IMG/VR virus record: IMGVR_UViG_3300023184_000033 | Location: 99,825-163,824 of that record | Direction: 5' to 3' (one strand) | Length of the DNA stretch: 64,000 bases | Source: a virus | Shown: positions 9,501 through 19,725 of the stretch, one piece after another | How the letters are laid out: each line of letters opens with the position of its first letter | Numbering within the stretch: position 1 is the first letter of the stretch | Translations under genes and position numbers: made by a program | Notes under the pieces: generated by a model | The model's input: the letters and a program-made list of their open reading frames with translations, nothing else | What the model was told of the DNA's origin: nothing | Databases searched by the model: none

Positions 9501-11409
9501 CACTACTCCAACTTCCCAAATATGAAGAAGTTAAAGGATATTCATATACACCGTCAATTTGATACACATCAGACTTTAATAAACTATAAGCGTTTGTGTT
9601 TGAAATGCTTAATTCTGTCCCAACATATTTTAATACAGCAGTTTTTTGTTTATAAGAATCGTTTGTTGTATGAATACGTGCAATAATGTTTACGTTACGA
9701 CCATTATAAATGTTAGAACCAAAATTAACTGTTGCTTGATATGCTGTAGGTAGAGTTACACTAGCATTATCCATTGGAATAAATGTTCCACTAGTTGTTT
9801 CTACCGCAATATAGTTATCAATAATATTTGGTCCTGAACCTGAACCAACAAACGCATCGGTAGATTTGCAAGAAATACTTACTGTATTACCAGAAATTGT
9901 TCCTGTAAAATTTTGATTGTAATAGTATTCAACATTACGTAAATTTTTCACATATGATCTTGGCAATGTGAACAACATTGAGTTGTAATCAGAAAGATAT
10001 AATTGAGTACCTTTACCATCAACTTGAGCTGAACTATCAATCAAACATTTGAATGTTGGTGTTGAATAGTTGCCACCATTTGGTGCAGTCAATGATTTTA
10101 CAGAAGAAAATTGACTAGAAGTTAGTGTGCTATTGTCTAGGTATAATGCATAAATTGCAGCTGCACCCACGCCACTTACATATTCAATACCTTTAATGTA
10201 TGTCGTACCAATTCTAGAAGAAGAACTTGTGGGTGTTGTGATGTTATGTAATTCAACTAATGTGGATGTATTAATGTTTGGTAATCCACCAACAAGACTA
10301 CTTACGAGTGTGTAATTTCCATAAGCAGAATTGATAATGTAAGAATTATCTGTGCCAGTTGTACGTGATTTATCTACTGAAATTGTTGTTGTGGAAATTG
10401 TTTCAACTTCATACCCCTGGACAAATGCAGAACCAGGACTCACCTTCAACACTAATTTGTCCAAATCTTGTGGGTCATTAATAATGGTTGGAATAAAATT
10501 CTTAATGATGAAGTCGCCACTAGTGTCAAATGTTCTTTTAGCCATTGTATCCATGATGGCAGAATATATGGGTGTTCTTTGGTCAGTTAATAAATTGCCG
10601 TCTTTAATGGAAACCAATTGAATAAAGTTTGGATATGTGACCGCAGTATCTGTGTACGTCTGTGTCGTTAACTGTAAGTCAATCTTATAACGGTCTGCAC
10701 CAGGAGCAAGATAGTTTGATGCACCAAGAGCTGGATCCAATAAGGATGAATCATCAGCATAATCTATTACTGATTCTACAATATTTAAACCAACAACACC
10801 CGAAGCTATTTTTGAATATTTACCAACAACAACAGATTGTTCCGCACAGTATAAGAACGTACCATTACCAAAAAATACACCTTCGGAAATGTGAAAAATT
10901 AGAGATGAACCAGATGCTGATGTGGCCGCACTAGTAAAATAATTAACGCCAGTATTTGAATTTTTATTTAATGTCGCATAGAAATTTGTGTTATCAGAAA
11001 ACGGAGTCTGGCTACCACTAACAATACTTACATGCAGTGTTGGCAAATCAGTTGCTGTTGCTGGCGTATATTTTTTAACGAGAGCAATTTTACCAGTTGA
11101 AGTTTCAACAATATATTGACCTTCAATTGTAGTATAATCTACATTAACAATCGTTGTTCCGTTATCATAACTTGGATTTACTTTTAAATAGAATACACTA
11201 TCATCTAGTTGGTGTTGACCACCTTTGACTACTGAACCTTCAGCAAAAATATTTGATGCAAAACTTCCAATTTGGTTACCCAAAATAGATTGCATCTGTG
11301 TGAGTTCTCTCGCTTGAACGGCTCTACCTGGTCTAAACAATACACGGTAAAACGCTTTTGCGGGATCAAAATCATCATAGTATGGGTCAACATTAAAATT
11401 CAGAGCCAT
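3559..11409 (-). CDS. Large virion structural protein, VrlC/DUF4815 family, with central inserted adhesin-like domains
   Basis: N-terminal NFNVDPYYDDFD...RVLFRPGRAVQARELTQMQSILGNQI; FKNGFIVDSF; DPLAQTF; C-terminal FAVKVVM..PQIKKFRAIA. Confidence 0.88.
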   Translation of the reverse strand: MALNFNVDPYYDDFDPAKAFYRVLFRPGRAVQARELTQMQSILGNQIGSFASNIFAEGSVVKGGQHQLDDSVFYLKVNPSYDNGTTIVNVDYTTIEGQYIVETSTGKIALVKKYTPATATDLPTLHVSIVSGSQTPFSDNTNFYATLNKNSNTGVNYFTSAATSASGSSLIFHISEGVFFGNGTFLYCAEQSVVVGKYSKIASGVVGLNIVESVIDYADDSSLLDPALGASNYLAPGADRYKIDLQLTTQTYTDTAVTYPNFIQLVSIKDGNLLTDQRTPIYSAIMDTMAKRTFDTSGDFIIKNFIPTIINDPQDLDKLVLKVSPGSAFVQGYEVETISTTTISVDKSRTTGTDNSYIINSAYGNYTLVSSLVGGLPNINTSTLVELHNITTPTSSSSRIGTTYIKGIEYVSGVGAAAIYALYLDNSTLTSSQFSSVKSLTAPNGGNYSTPTFKCLIDSSAQVDGKGTQLYLSDYNSMLFTLPRSYVKNLRNVEYYYNQNFTGTISGNTVSISCKSTDAFVGSGSGPNIIDNYIAVETTSGTFIPMDNASVTLPTAYQATVNFGSNIYNGRNVNIIARIHTTNDSYKQKTAVLKYVGTELSISNTNAYSLLKSDVYQIDGVYEYPLTSSYLGSWSSATTYNSGDVVSVSGIAYISISGTNLNNTPSTSTGNWTVLDNKVTLYSLDTGQRDTIYDHASINRKSAPQSTIKVLPVYSYFTHSGLGYISPESYPIDYGIIPTYKSLVTGKVVSLSDCIDFRPRRVDDTTTYSLASHQIPTTNNYQNVIADITYYLGRIDKVVLTRDGLFKDIQGIPDVKPQPPANQSDAVTLYVLDFSPYTYRETDVGLQVIPHKRYTMKDISNLDTRLTNMEYYTSLNFLETQVNSQVVTDNNGNTQFKNGFIVDSFVGSGVGDVGSNEYRASIDYTNKLARPLYLSENVKLNYTRESSNTVISGNSAFSSLITVPYVSEVMPGGNQPIASGSIKVNPFDVVAYVGEIKLSPQSDVWFDIVTPPVVIVNTNGENDNYSAYSSVETQWNAWQTLWSGEQTTDTINSVLGTNTVRNVSGQVGTPQNSQILSSPPGVVTSSSTATVNQTVIPYARKKEISFRVDGMSPKTNLYLYMNGLNMTSYLLPDGYTSLINNSGISPHDMAVYTDSSGSASGKICIPNDNDVKFLTGNINIVLCDSPISIALGKSYASTTFYAQGLLQTLSPLIVSTKPNQDIITRLSLNGTDNSSITTKNVGAITTAALPDASYTLTPDYTTIREGGVINFIFNVQNAPAGKTYNANISGSIVNTDLGNGFVRGNTIIRTIGTNSKNQAIVSIPINSGAISSYVNKYITLEVDVPTDTGNPQYKGPQQLLCNVAIQSAFVPTFSVAANSSIVAGNTIQSIFSASSIPSNQTVYYAITSTANTNEYSVVSSKGNQTSGAFTINSPSGSNTLLYQVNSNYAMRGSDVFTIQYTWGTGNTSSKSVNVPISAIKSYMLVANTSQIQPSLGTALNIGKTANVTLSTVNVGAGVSVPYTITGVESANIAGASLTGSFTTDSNGNASVLLTSASVVNDIKNVKLKLNSILPEVYAGFTINATPIVPIELSAKNSSGVNLSTSTSCIQNDKISFNVVNGPNNGNYYAVSNYGERIPASGTLPLSPPGTTTTLDYVVTRVGSYIWTFYFNDNRQATTSFYSGPKAAVYSVSGPTSINMSETLTYVVTSTNVGGSVIVPFTISNVDGMWLTKGATSSTNTVLNVSGGFNYTAYVNSYADIKSLFNDGATGTNSYASNTFSGGYTKIYATVELEAIAYFANADFRKFATQGIDAFGQWHYEKYGKAENRTIPRLDIITGTISVSDTTPATIAIYINPLNGYSKSTATVELKLDAPISQNKTTTIQSTASAVSVATGVLLTKPKIGDFVDSSLTMKEAIEAYTYLITTQTYNQAIADPNSRTPAGGGKIWLNAAMKAEAIAITGPTILSYYRNPANLNRNPDLGGFIYWLNAYYALQQGSTTTSPIVYAITGAGTGLTNNTGVEFVAANAVYPVAEGDNTNLKSGQTFTIYRNFTTTQAFGSNHTISFGADDDVEVWIDNEPIGKYKNSEHWKTPAWPNSNDGKLYIDVTVNWLAPGAHQIKCKIDNQGTTGAATTWGTNPSWYAATIKNAAGGTIWTSRGALAAENIIMGGTQFGLTALQADAKIRADFEAAAKANKEPFGSRTSFIACTTDPLAQTFFVPAGIYPNGVFLTGVSLYFESVDDKLPVFAQIRPTVNGYPNSTKVIPSSTVWKNPYDINTSTDASVETLFRFADPVYLQPGEYAIVVGSNSSKTKVYYATVGQKQIGSTNTVSEQPNIGSLFISQNGSTWTADQSSDLSFKLYYAQFDTTKTYEATFKSDAPAQAFDFEIVDLISQELDFNNTTSIDYSMMNQNDGIFDTSYTPLLANKNTVLKKYRNNTAYGDTLVKAKLATLDKNISPVIDLDRMSMIMINNIINDRVDVTIPETTASGGNASAKYVTRSVTLASGFDAKGIKVTFDANMQSGTSFDVFVKVLAADDVSAFTTKPWILVPNIDSVTKNSSSYTDFIEQNYFLDNISYTSNGVIHNSFQTFAVKVVMYSGATEIVPQIKKFRAIAIS

Positions 11410-11418
11410 TTTTTTCCT

Positions 11419-12786
11419 TTAGTATCCCAATACAAACTTAAATTGTTCTATTCCATCAACACTTCTTTGAATTCCACTTCTGTTCTCTATATATGAAACA
11501 TATCCTGAAAACGGTACGATATTTGGTTGATTATATAACAACAGTGTTCGAGCTGTTTTTGAATCTGTTCCAAAAATTGGAGCATTCGTAACATTACTGC
11601 CTGATATATTTATAAGCTTAACCACGTTGGATGCTGGGTCAAAATCTAAAACTGTTGCAGTAAGTGTTGGATTTGTAATTTCACCTTGATATACAATTTC
11701 ACCTAAATTAAACACACCAAATCCTGGTGCAACGTTTACGATTGTAGACAAGTCATAAATTGGATCAGAAGCTATACCTGTAGGATCATCCAAAGCAGAA
11801 GGATTCACCAACATTCCTAATTGGTGATATGTAATATCTGTTGGCACATAACCACCTTCGGAACCATCAAACTCACAGGTGAGCATAACGTTTGTGCAAC
11901 CCAACTCAGGCACAGGATCATAACCGTGGCCACCTGGAGGTGAAATTGGTGCGTTTGCAGTTGCACCAGAGCCTAGAGTTGAGTTAATTGCAATATTTGC
12001 AAATGTGTATCCTACACCTGGATTTGTAACTGCAATATCAGTAACTTGGCCACCAGAAACAATTGCAGTTGCCGTTGCACCAACACCATCACCAGTTACA
12101 ACTATAGAGATAGCTGCATTTGCGGGATCATATCCTGAACCAGGATTTGTTATATTAATAACTTCAATGTCACCTGCGCCAACATTATTTTTTGCGAATG
12201 AAAAACTTGATGCGCCCAAAGGAACAGGAAGCCAAGTTGTGTCTAAGAAATTGATTTTAGAACCCGAGTCGATGGTATACATGAATTTCCATTTGTACAA
12301 ATCGGCACCCTCATAGATTCCATTTGCACCATAAGTTCCAGGTTCAAAGTATGGTTCATATGTGGATAGTCCACCATTATTGTTCCACAAACATTTGAAA
12401 ACTTGGTCATAACGATTCTTAACATAAAATGTTTTGATTAAGTTGTCGTTTGAATCTAATCCAAACATCTCAACATCGTCACGATAGTAATCATATACAC
12501 GATTTGCATCCCAATCAACCCTACGGATCACTGGAGAGATATTGTTTGTGTTGATTTTTTTCATAACAAACATGTTCTTAAAGATATTTTTAAGAGATTT
12601 TTGTGTCTGAGTTGGTACTGGTGGATTTTCATTGTTCAACCAAGGATCAACTTGAGCTAAGAAACAATAGATAGTTGCCAGAGGAACGTTACTTGGTGGA
12701 ACAACAGCTACAGGTGAATAGTACGTCTGTAGAACCTGAGAGGTCTTTGTTCCGTTTGTGAGTAGATTAGGATATTGTTGTGCCAT
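11419..12786 (-). CDS. gp8: Baseplate wedge subunit gp8
   Basis: VFKCLWNN, YKWKFMYTI, ISPPGGHG, YIENRS motifs; synteny with gp6/gp7. Confidence 0.85.
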   Translation of the reverse strand: MAQQYPNLLTNGTKTSQVLQTYYSPVAVVPPSNVPLATIYCFLAQVDPWLNNENPPVPTQTQKSLKNIFKNMFVMKKINTNNISPVIRRVDWDANRVYDYYRDDVEMFGLDSNDNLIKTFYVKNRYDQVFKCLWNNNGGLSTYEPYFEPGTYGANGIYEGADLYKWKFMYTIDSGSKINFLDTTWLPVPLGASSFSFAKNNVGAGDIEVINITNPGSGYDPANAAISIVVTGDGVGATATAIVSGGQVTDIAVTNPGVGYTFANIAINSTLGSGATANAPISPPGGHGYDPVPELGCTNVMLTCEFDGSEGGYVPTDITYHQLGMLVNPSALDDPTGIASDPIYDLSTIVNVAPGFGVFNLGEIVYQGEITNPTLTATVLDFDPASNVVKLINISGSNVTNAPIFGTDSKTARTLLLYNQPNIVPFSGYVSYIENRSGIQRSVDGIEQFKFVLGY

Positions 12787-12792
12787 AGTCTT

Positions 12793-12799
12793 TATTTAT
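12793..12799 (-). promoter_or_regulatory. T4-type late promoter (ATAAATA)
   Basis: Box in the intergenic gap immediately upstream of gp8. Confidence 0.55.
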
Positions 12800-12801
12800 C
12801 G

Positions 12802-14733
12802 TTACTTTGTAATGGATACAAAGGTATTTGCAAGTGTTCCATCCATACTCCAGTATTTTACATAGATGGTTGATGTGCCTGGAATATTATATGATGTTGA
12901 ATTAACTGTTGAGTTGAGAGCAGAAACTCCGTGTGTGAATGTTTGGTTTGTGCCAGCAGTATTTGTAATCCATGCATCAACGACTTTACCTGTTACAAAA
13001 TTAGACAATGTAACTACTAAACCTGTTGCAGTCTGAGCACGAACGACAGAATTGTTTGCAAAGTCAATTGTAATTGCAGTCTGTGAACTTGGGTAAATGT
13101 TTGGTGTATAGATGAAACCTTTTTGTGGACTAACAGCACCACTAAATATTACAGAGTCTGCATTGAACGATGCGACTTTTTGAATTGTATTTGAACCATT
13201 TGGTGTATTCCAGAATTCAATACGAGTTCCTCTTGCAGTATCACTAAATGACTCGCCTGCAACCAAGTCAATCTTTGTTGGTGATGATGATGGGAATTGT
13301 GTTCCAGTAAAACCATTACCAACAATACGCATCAGAACATCATTGTTTGCAACAGCTGCAGGTGCGGTAACAGAACCACGACCCATACGACCAACTAAAA
13401 CTGGGTAGGTATTTTGACCAAAACTATCCATAACAACACGTGTTACTGTGTTGGCTTTACCGGTCATCTGTAACAAGTAGTTTGTATTCGATGAAGCATA
13501 AGCTGAGTTTGCACCAGTAATTTGTACAAGTGCAACGTTAGGGTCAAAAGTACTATTGTTAAAGTCAACAAGTACTCCGTTGGTTACCAGATTTCCTGTT
13601 ATAGCAAGGTCTTTGGTGATGTTTGTAGTACGATTAATAACCAAATTAGCTGTTGCAATCGATTGGCCAATAACCATATCAACGTTGGTCAATGAAGAAT
13701 AAATTGCATTGTTTGATAAAGTTAAGTTACCAATATTACCGGTATTACCAGTAACTGTACCAATAACTGTTACATTTCCCGGTGTTGTCAGAGTTCCTGT
13801 GCTATTAAATGTCCAATTATTGGATCCGAATCCAAGTAATAAAGTATAATTTTGAGTTGTAATTGTAGATATGGAAGGACTTGACGCTGGATTTGTTGTT
13901 GTAACTGTTAGAATATTGTTTACATTCATTGTTCCTGCTACGTTCAAATCGCCACCAAATGTGCCTGATGTGTTGGCCAATGCATTGTTTGCTTTATTGA
14001 ACGCAGCCCATGCAGCATTGTTGGCCGTAGTTATGTTGGTATTCTGTGTTACATCAACACCAGTCTGATATACAATACTATTTGAATTGGTATTTGCTAA
14101 TGTAAACGCAGCAACAGTATATGCAAGAGTTGCTGCAGCCGTATTCTGTACAGTACCATCATTAAATGTCAATGTCTTTCCGTTTACCAACCGCAAACCA
14201 TCAGAAGTAACTTTTGCAATTACATTTGCAGAAGTACCGCCACCAGCAATGAAACGTGTTTCTGTATTTGATGACGTTGTACCAACAATCAAGTTACCAC
14301 CAACAGCACCACTTGTATTACCTTGTACATACAGATAACCACTCATAGGTTCAATCGCCGTACCAATGTTATTGAATTCAGAACCAGGAGCGTAATCCTT
14401 GTTTGCAAATCCCATATCAACAAAGTATGTTGAATCTGTACCTGTGTTTGCAGTAATCACGTGGTCAGCAGTACCACCATTACTCAAATTAATAAAGTTG
14501 GTTTGCACGTAACTTTCACCTCGAAGTGCAAACTGTGCAACAGTATTTGGTAATGTGATAGCATTATTACCAACATTCAGTACATTGTTTGCATAAAGAC
14601 CGGCAGCAAGTGTTGTGGCTGTAAACTTACCTGTAATACCAGCTTGTGCATCAACAGCAACGAACACGGTGTTCGATGTGTTAGCATTCAGCTGAGTTAT
14701 TAAAGGTAATTGCGTAATCTTAATCGTTGACAT
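12802..14733 (-). CDS. Virion fibre/baseplate-associated structural protein
   Basis: N-terminal KITQLP fibre motif; N/T/G-rich beta-strand composition; lies between gp7 and gp8. Confidence 0.65.
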   Translation of the reverse strand: MSTIKITQLPLITQLNANTSNTVFVAVDAQAGITGKFTATTLAAGLYANNVLNVGNNAITLPNTVAQFALRGESYVQTNFINLSNGGTADHVITANTGTDSTYFVDMGFANKDYAPGSEFNNIGTAIEPMSGYLYVQGNTSGAVGGNLIVGTTSSNTETRFIAGGGTSANVIAKVTSDGLRLVNGKTLTFNDGTVQNTAAATLAYTVAAFTLANTNSNSIVYQTGVDVTQNTNITTANNAAWAAFNKANNALANTSGTFGGDLNVAGTMNVNNILTVTTTNPASSPSISTITTQNYTLLLGFGSNNWTFNSTGTLTTPGNVTVIGTVTGNTGNIGNLTLSNNAIYSSLTNVDMVIGQSIATANLVINRTTNITKDLAITGNLVTNGVLVDFNNSTFDPNVALVQITGANSAYASSNTNYLLQMTGKANTVTRVVMDSFGQNTYPVLVGRMGRGSVTAPAAVANNDVLMRIVGNGFTGTQFPSSSPTKIDLVAGESFSDTARGTRIEFWNTPNGSNTIQKVASFNADSVIFSGAVSPQKGFIYTPNIYPSSQTAITIDFANNSVVRAQTATGLVVTLSNFVTGKVVDAWITNTAGTNQTFTHGVSALNSTVNSTSYNIPGTSTIYVKYWSMDGTLANTFVSITK

Positions 14734-14736
14734 TCT

Positions 14737-17646
14737 TTACTCCAGTATTAATATACTACCGTCTTCTGTTGTTAATGAGAAACCATCTTCCGTTACTAAT
14801 TCAGGAACGTATTCTAGTCCAATTGGTCCAATAATTCTTACACTCTTACCACTTGCTTGTATAGTTCTGTTGACTGAAACAAAAGAATTGGCAATATTAG
14901 AAGTTACATTTGCTGATGTGTATAAAATTCCATGTTCATAATCTACTGATGATACAGTATATGTGTTAGTTGAAATCTTAATTAAATCACCAGCAAACAC
15001 AATGTCTTTTAATGGGTATGCAGTATTACTGTAAACGCCATTGTTCATTACATTGTAAGAATTTGTAATTGCTCTGATATTTATTATCTTAGTGTTGGCA
15101 TTGGCCGACACATATGCAACATTTGAATATGTTAAGAATACACTATCTTTTAATGTGATTAGGTTGTTTGCATAATCAACACCAATAACTTCAGACCTAA
15201 CATTAGGTCCATGTGATGTTGACATGTAAAACACAGAGTTTGGTATTCCAGATTGATTTGTGAATATGAATGTTGCAATGTTTGCACCAGCCGTATTACT
15301 CAACAATACTTTGTTATTGCTGTGGTTTGTAAAGTTAGCCACAATTTTTGCAGCGCTTGCGGAGTCTCCAGTATAATCTTGTAAGTGTACAGCTTTATAT
15401 AAAGCATTTAGACCGGCAACTTTAATGTTTGTATTTGACCTTAATGCATAACGACCTCTGAGTTTTGTTCCAGCAGGATGCAATAAATTCAGTACAACGT
15501 TTCTATACTTTTCAATTTCTCTCTCAACTGTAATTTGATAAGTGAAGTCATTGTAAATATCACTTTCAAGTACATCAAACGAACTTGGTTGACCAGATGT
15601 GTCTAAGTATTGACCTTGACTGAACACCAATCCGTTTAAGAAAGATGCTTGTGCTAAAGCTGCACCATCACCATAGTTTTTAATACCAAATCCATTATAA
15701 TCAGGACTTCCAATATAATATCTGTTTGCCTCAGCCGCAGTATTGGCCATTCTTAGATTGATATTTTTATTTTCAATCACCAATGGCAATCTTGGATTTG
15801 GTTGTGAGTTGTAATTGAAAACCCGAATGTTATACAATGAATTGAATGTGTTTATATCACCATTTAATAATCTAACCGAATCCACAAATCCGGAATATGA
15901 TGTGGTCTTAGGAGAATTACCTTGATAGATAAAGTCGCCGGCTGAAGGCAACAAAAGAATGTCTGCATTTGACACTAAAATGTCCTGCACAGAAAGAGAA
16001 ACATTTGGTGAAGAAACATAATCTTCACCATTATTAGTTAAGTTGATTGTTGTGACAGAACCAATCTTTTGTGTGGCCACAGAGAATGATGCACCAGCAC
16101 CCAAGATACCCGGAACAAAAAGACTTGCGTTAGCAGCTTGTGTGTTACTAGAAACAACTGTTACTGTTGGTAAAAATTCATTGTTGTAACCCATGCCACC
16201 CAATGGATAATTTTGTGGCCTTGCAGTATTACTTCGATAAACATAACGGACACCAGTAATCGAACCTGCTGAGTTTACTGTGATGTTTGCTTGAGCGCCA
16301 TATCCATTACCACCAGTAATTCTAATAACATCATTTGCACGATAACCACGGCCAGCATTTGCAATTTGTATTGGTGCAAGAATGCCTAGTTTATCTAAAA
16401 AGGCATCACCATTAATATCGGTTTTCTGAGTACTGTATGCAGTAACTTCTGGTAATTTTGAAATACCACCGCCACCATTAATAACTGCAACAGAAGAAAT
16501 GGGGAATGTTGAAAACGAAATAAAGTTTAATGTATTACCAATTGATGTGTTTGCATTTGACCATGCGGAGTTTACAAAGTTGTAATTGTTTGCATTGAGT
16601 ACTACAGCCAATTTGCCATAAATTGAATCTGTTGGAAACATAAACACATTAGCTTGTGTATTTACATTTGGGTCAACAGAATACACAATTGCATTTGCAC
16701 CTGGAGCATTAGTAATTGTTAATTTTGTATACGGATACAAAGAATAACCAAAACCACCTTTAATTGTATTGATACCTGTAATCGCACCAGACGTTACGGT
16801 ACCGATTTCAGCAGTAGCACCAATTGGTGTTTGAATATCAGGATTTAAACCACCATAAACAATTACGGGGTCACCAACTTGATATAATGTGCCTCGATTA
16901 AGTGGAACACCTTTATCATTATTTTTTAAGTTAATTTGACTAACTTGACCTACAACTTTACTTGTAAGAATTGTTCCATTAATTAAAATATTTTGATTAT
17001 TATTATCAACAATACGAATTGTTTCACCAGATTCGAACAGACGTTCGATGTTTGAAATAAAGACTTCAATTTTATTACCAACTAAAATTGCATTTTCAAT
17101 TGTTGCAATAGACTTGGATGTTTCACCAAAAACTCTTAGGTTTTTAGTTTGTAAGAATCTTAAATCACTTGTTGCAAGTTTAAGACTCTTTGCAACATAC
17201 CATGTACCGGCCGATGCCCGTAAAATTGTATCACTTGTTTTGTAATATTCAAAATCAGAATTATATAAAACACGAAACAAAAATTGATAGGATGCTGGCG
17301 TGCCTTTTGATTGATAGAGCTGTTTTGCAAATTTAACAGCTTTTTGTTGATTGACTAATGATTCTTTTGGAAAATATGGTAAAAAATCATTTACATAGTA
17401 ATCAATGAACGCATCAATTGTTGTGTCAATATCCTTATACTGTAAAAGATTTGAAGAACCAAAATTAGCACCTTGACCGGTACTAACAGCTTCAGTAACT
17501 GCTGAATTGGCGGTGTTGGCTAACTCAAGCCATTCATAGTAGGCCTGAAGAAATACCTGAAAATTACTGTATTCGGGATTTTCTCTTACGAATTGAGGTA
17601 ATTGATACGGTACAAGTAATGATGTTTTTTGTGTATTTGGTATCAT
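14737..17646 (-). CDS. gp7: Baseplate wedge initiator gp7-like
   Basis: QLPQFVRE..FLQAYYEW, YQSKGT..SYQFLFRVLY, DFTYQI..LLHPAG; C-terminal TEDG repeats. Confidence 0.8.
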   Translation of the reverse strand: MIPNTQKTSLLVPYQLPQFVRENPEYSNFQVFLQAYYEWLELANTANSAVTEAVSTGQGANFGSSNLLQYKDIDTTIDAFIDYYVNDFLPYFPKESLVNQQKAVKFAKQLYQSKGTPASYQFLFRVLYNSDFEYYKTSDTILRASAGTWYVAKSLKLATSDLRFLQTKNLRVFGETSKSIATIENAILVGNKIEVFISNIERLFESGETIRIVDNNNQNILINGTILTSKVVGQVSQINLKNNDKGVPLNRGTLYQVGDPVIVYGGLNPDIQTPIGATAEIGTVTSGAITGINTIKGGFGYSLYPYTKLTITNAPGANAIVYSVDPNVNTQANVFMFPTDSIYGKLAVVLNANNYNFVNSAWSNANTSIGNTLNFISFSTFPISSVAVINGGGGISKLPEVTAYSTQKTDINGDAFLDKLGILAPIQIANAGRGYRANDVIRITGGNGYGAQANITVNSAGSITGVRYVYRSNTARPQNYPLGGMGYNNEFLPTVTVVSSNTQAANASLFVPGILGAGASFSVATQKIGSVTTINLTNNGEDYVSSPNVSLSVQDILVSNADILLLPSAGDFIYQGNSPKTTSYSGFVDSVRLLNGDINTFNSLYNIRVFNYNSQPNPRLPLVIENKNINLRMANTAAEANRYYIGSPDYNGFGIKNYGDGAALAQASFLNGLVFSQGQYLDTSGQPSSFDVLESDIYNDFTYQITVEREIEKYRNVVLNLLHPAGTKLRGRYALRSNTNIKVAGLNALYKAVHLQDYTGDSASAAKIVANFTNHSNNKVLLSNTAGANIATFIFTNQSGIPNSVFYMSTSHGPNVRSEVIGVDYANNLITLKDSVFLTYSNVAYVSANANTKIINIRAITNSYNVMNNGVYSNTAYPLKDIVFAGDLIKISTNTYTVSSVDYEHGILYTSANVTSNIANSFVSVNRTIQASGKSVRIIGPIGLEYVPELVTEDGFSLTTEDGSILILE

Positions 17647-19724
17647 TGCTGAACTGTAAGGTTGACGGTTATTGCACCTGGATCGTAAGGATCAATTGTT
17701 ATCACTCGGTTGTATGATGAGGAAATAATACTTGACTTTGGTATTGCAGTTATAGTTAATTGCCCCAAAGGATTATCAATTTGAATTGGATTGAAATCGT
17801 TTAGTGTTATAAGACCATTTGTATAATCAACTGTTCCCAAATTAGGATTCAAAATAGTTTTTGCTTTATCTTGATTGAAATAATAACTTTGAAGTTTACC
17901 AATTGCACCAGACAAATTAACTGTTACAGCACCAAGTTTACCTGTTGTGTCGTTTGCGACAGGAGTAATTATTGCAACAGCAGAACTATAGTTTGTTCCT
18001 GGATTTAAAATATTGATTGCTGTAATCGAACCAACCGAATTAATAATTGCTTGCGCCGTTGCACCAATACCATCACCAACAATATTTATTAGTGGTGGAT
18101 ATTGATAGCCAAAACCTGGATTGGATATTGTAATTGATTCCACACCAGCAACAATTGATGGCAATTCTTGTATATAAACTCCAGGAACAATTGTTGTTCC
18201 GGATACCAAGTCAAAGAATTGCATACTAGGTGAACTAGTAATACCACTCAAGTATACACCTTTTTGCAATGGTGTGCCGCAATATAATTTATATGTCTGT
18301 GAATTATTTAGAGTTGGTATAAACTTTTTCTGTATTGCAACATTCACCTCATTAGAAACGATAGATGGGTCTGAATTTTGGATGGTTACAATCAAATCAG
18401 CCAAAGAAAATATTGAATTGAATGTGTTTAATGTTTTAGTGGAAAATGATTGAATTGCTGTGGCAATTTTATCTTTAATCTGATTGAATGACAATGTTGT
18501 TTTCTTAGAATTTATTACAACATTTGCGGTAATCTTTAAGAATGTGTAATCTGGATCAACAATTGTTGGCGACACCGTTATCATTGATATTGGACGAATC
18601 AATTCTTTAACGATTCGACTTTTTTGTATATCAGTTAAAATTAATGAACCGGTCGGTTTCATTGATACAAATACTTGGCCATATACGGGCGGAATGTTTT
18701 CTTCACCACCCCATACATTCACCGCATCAAATGAAAAACCTAGTTTGTTTTGTTGAATTGCAGTAATGTAATCTTCTGTTGTTACTGCCCGCCCTTGAGC
18801 TGCATAAGATTTGGGTGCTTGGAATTTAATAGAATCTATGGTTTCTTTGCTACCGCCAGTAGTTGCTGAATTGATAGGATACACAACGTTGTTGGAATAT
18901 CCATTAACAGAATTCATCAACACAAAACTATTAGCTCCAGCCCCAGCAACACCTTTTGTAACAATATATTGAATTACAACAACGTTTCCATTAAATAATT
19001 TTTTACCTAGAATACCGTCACCAAAACTAATTCGATATTTTTGATCTGTTCCTTCTTCTAAGAAGAAAACTTTTGATTCACCAGATAGTTGCAAATAATT
19101 TTTTGCTTCAGTAAAAACTTCTGAAGAGCTATTTGAACTGGATGTTCTAATAGTAACTTTAATTGTTGTTGTATCAATACCATCATCAGGTATTCTAATG
19201 ACAAAATTTGGATTTTCTATCGAATCTTGAACGGTATAGTTTACTGTGACTGGTGTTCCCTGTTTAATATAAACATCCGAGAACATTGCAGTATTATTAC
19301 TTACGGGAACGGTACGTGAATCTATTGTAACAAACCTATAATTGATACCATCAATCGCTTCAGATAAAAATGTTGTATATGCAGGTAAAGTTAATGCTGT
19401 ATCTACAACACCATTAATCTTTAAATTGATTTTTGCCGTAGCTGCAGTTTCAGATTTTGGTGTATAATTTAATAATTTTGCATGTGAAACAACAGAACCT
19501 CTTTGCACCGCAGAGTCCAAAAACATCTCATTTGCAACCATATTCAAGTAAAAAGCATTGTATTGTGTATTGTATGCAAGAACATCCAACAAAGTAGAAA
19601 GTGCGGCACCTTCATAGTTGTAATCTTTTAGTGTATCTTGAGACTTCAAAAAAGTCTTTAAATTATTTTTTATATTATTGAAATCCAAATCTGTAATTTG
19701 GATATTTGAATTAAGGCCTGCCAT
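17643..19724 (-). CDS. gp6: Baseplate wedge subunit gp6
   Basis: DLDFNNIKNNL, DYNYEG, LLDVLAYNT, QGRAVTTEDY, WGGEEN. Confidence 0.95.
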   Translation of the reverse strand: MAGLNSNIQITDLDFNNIKNNLKTFLKSQDTLKDYNYEGAALSTLLDVLAYNTQYNAFYLNMVANEMFLDSAVQRGSVVSHAKLLNYTPKSETAATAKINLKINGVVDTALTLPAYTTFLSEAIDGINYRFVTIDSRTVPVSNNTAMFSDVYIKQGTPVTVNYTVQDSIENPNFVIRIPDDGIDTTTIKVTIRTSSSNSSSEVFTEAKNYLQLSGESKVFFLEEGTDQKYRISFGDGILGKKLFNGNVVVIQYIVTKGVAGAGANSFVLMNSVNGYSNNVVYPINSATTGGSKETIDSIKFQAPKSYAAQGRAVTTEDYITAIQQNKLGFSFDAVNVWGGEENIPPVYGQVFVSMKPTGSLILTDIQKSRIVKELIRPISMITVSPTIVDPDYTFLKITANVVINSKKTTLSFNQIKDKIATAIQSFSTKTLNTFNSIFSLADLIVTIQNSDPSIVSNEVNVAIQKKFIPTLNNSQTYKLYCGTPLQKGVYLSGITSSPSMQFFDLVSGTTIVPGVYIQELPSIVAGVESITISNPGFGYQYPPLINIVGDGIGATAQAIINSVGSITAINILNPGTNYSSAVAIITPVANDTTGKLGAVTVNLSGAIGKLQSYYFNQDKAKTILNPNLGTVDYTNGLITLNDFNPIQIDNPLGQLTITAIPKSSIISSSYNRVITIDPYDPGAITVNLTVQQ

Positions 19725-19725
19725 G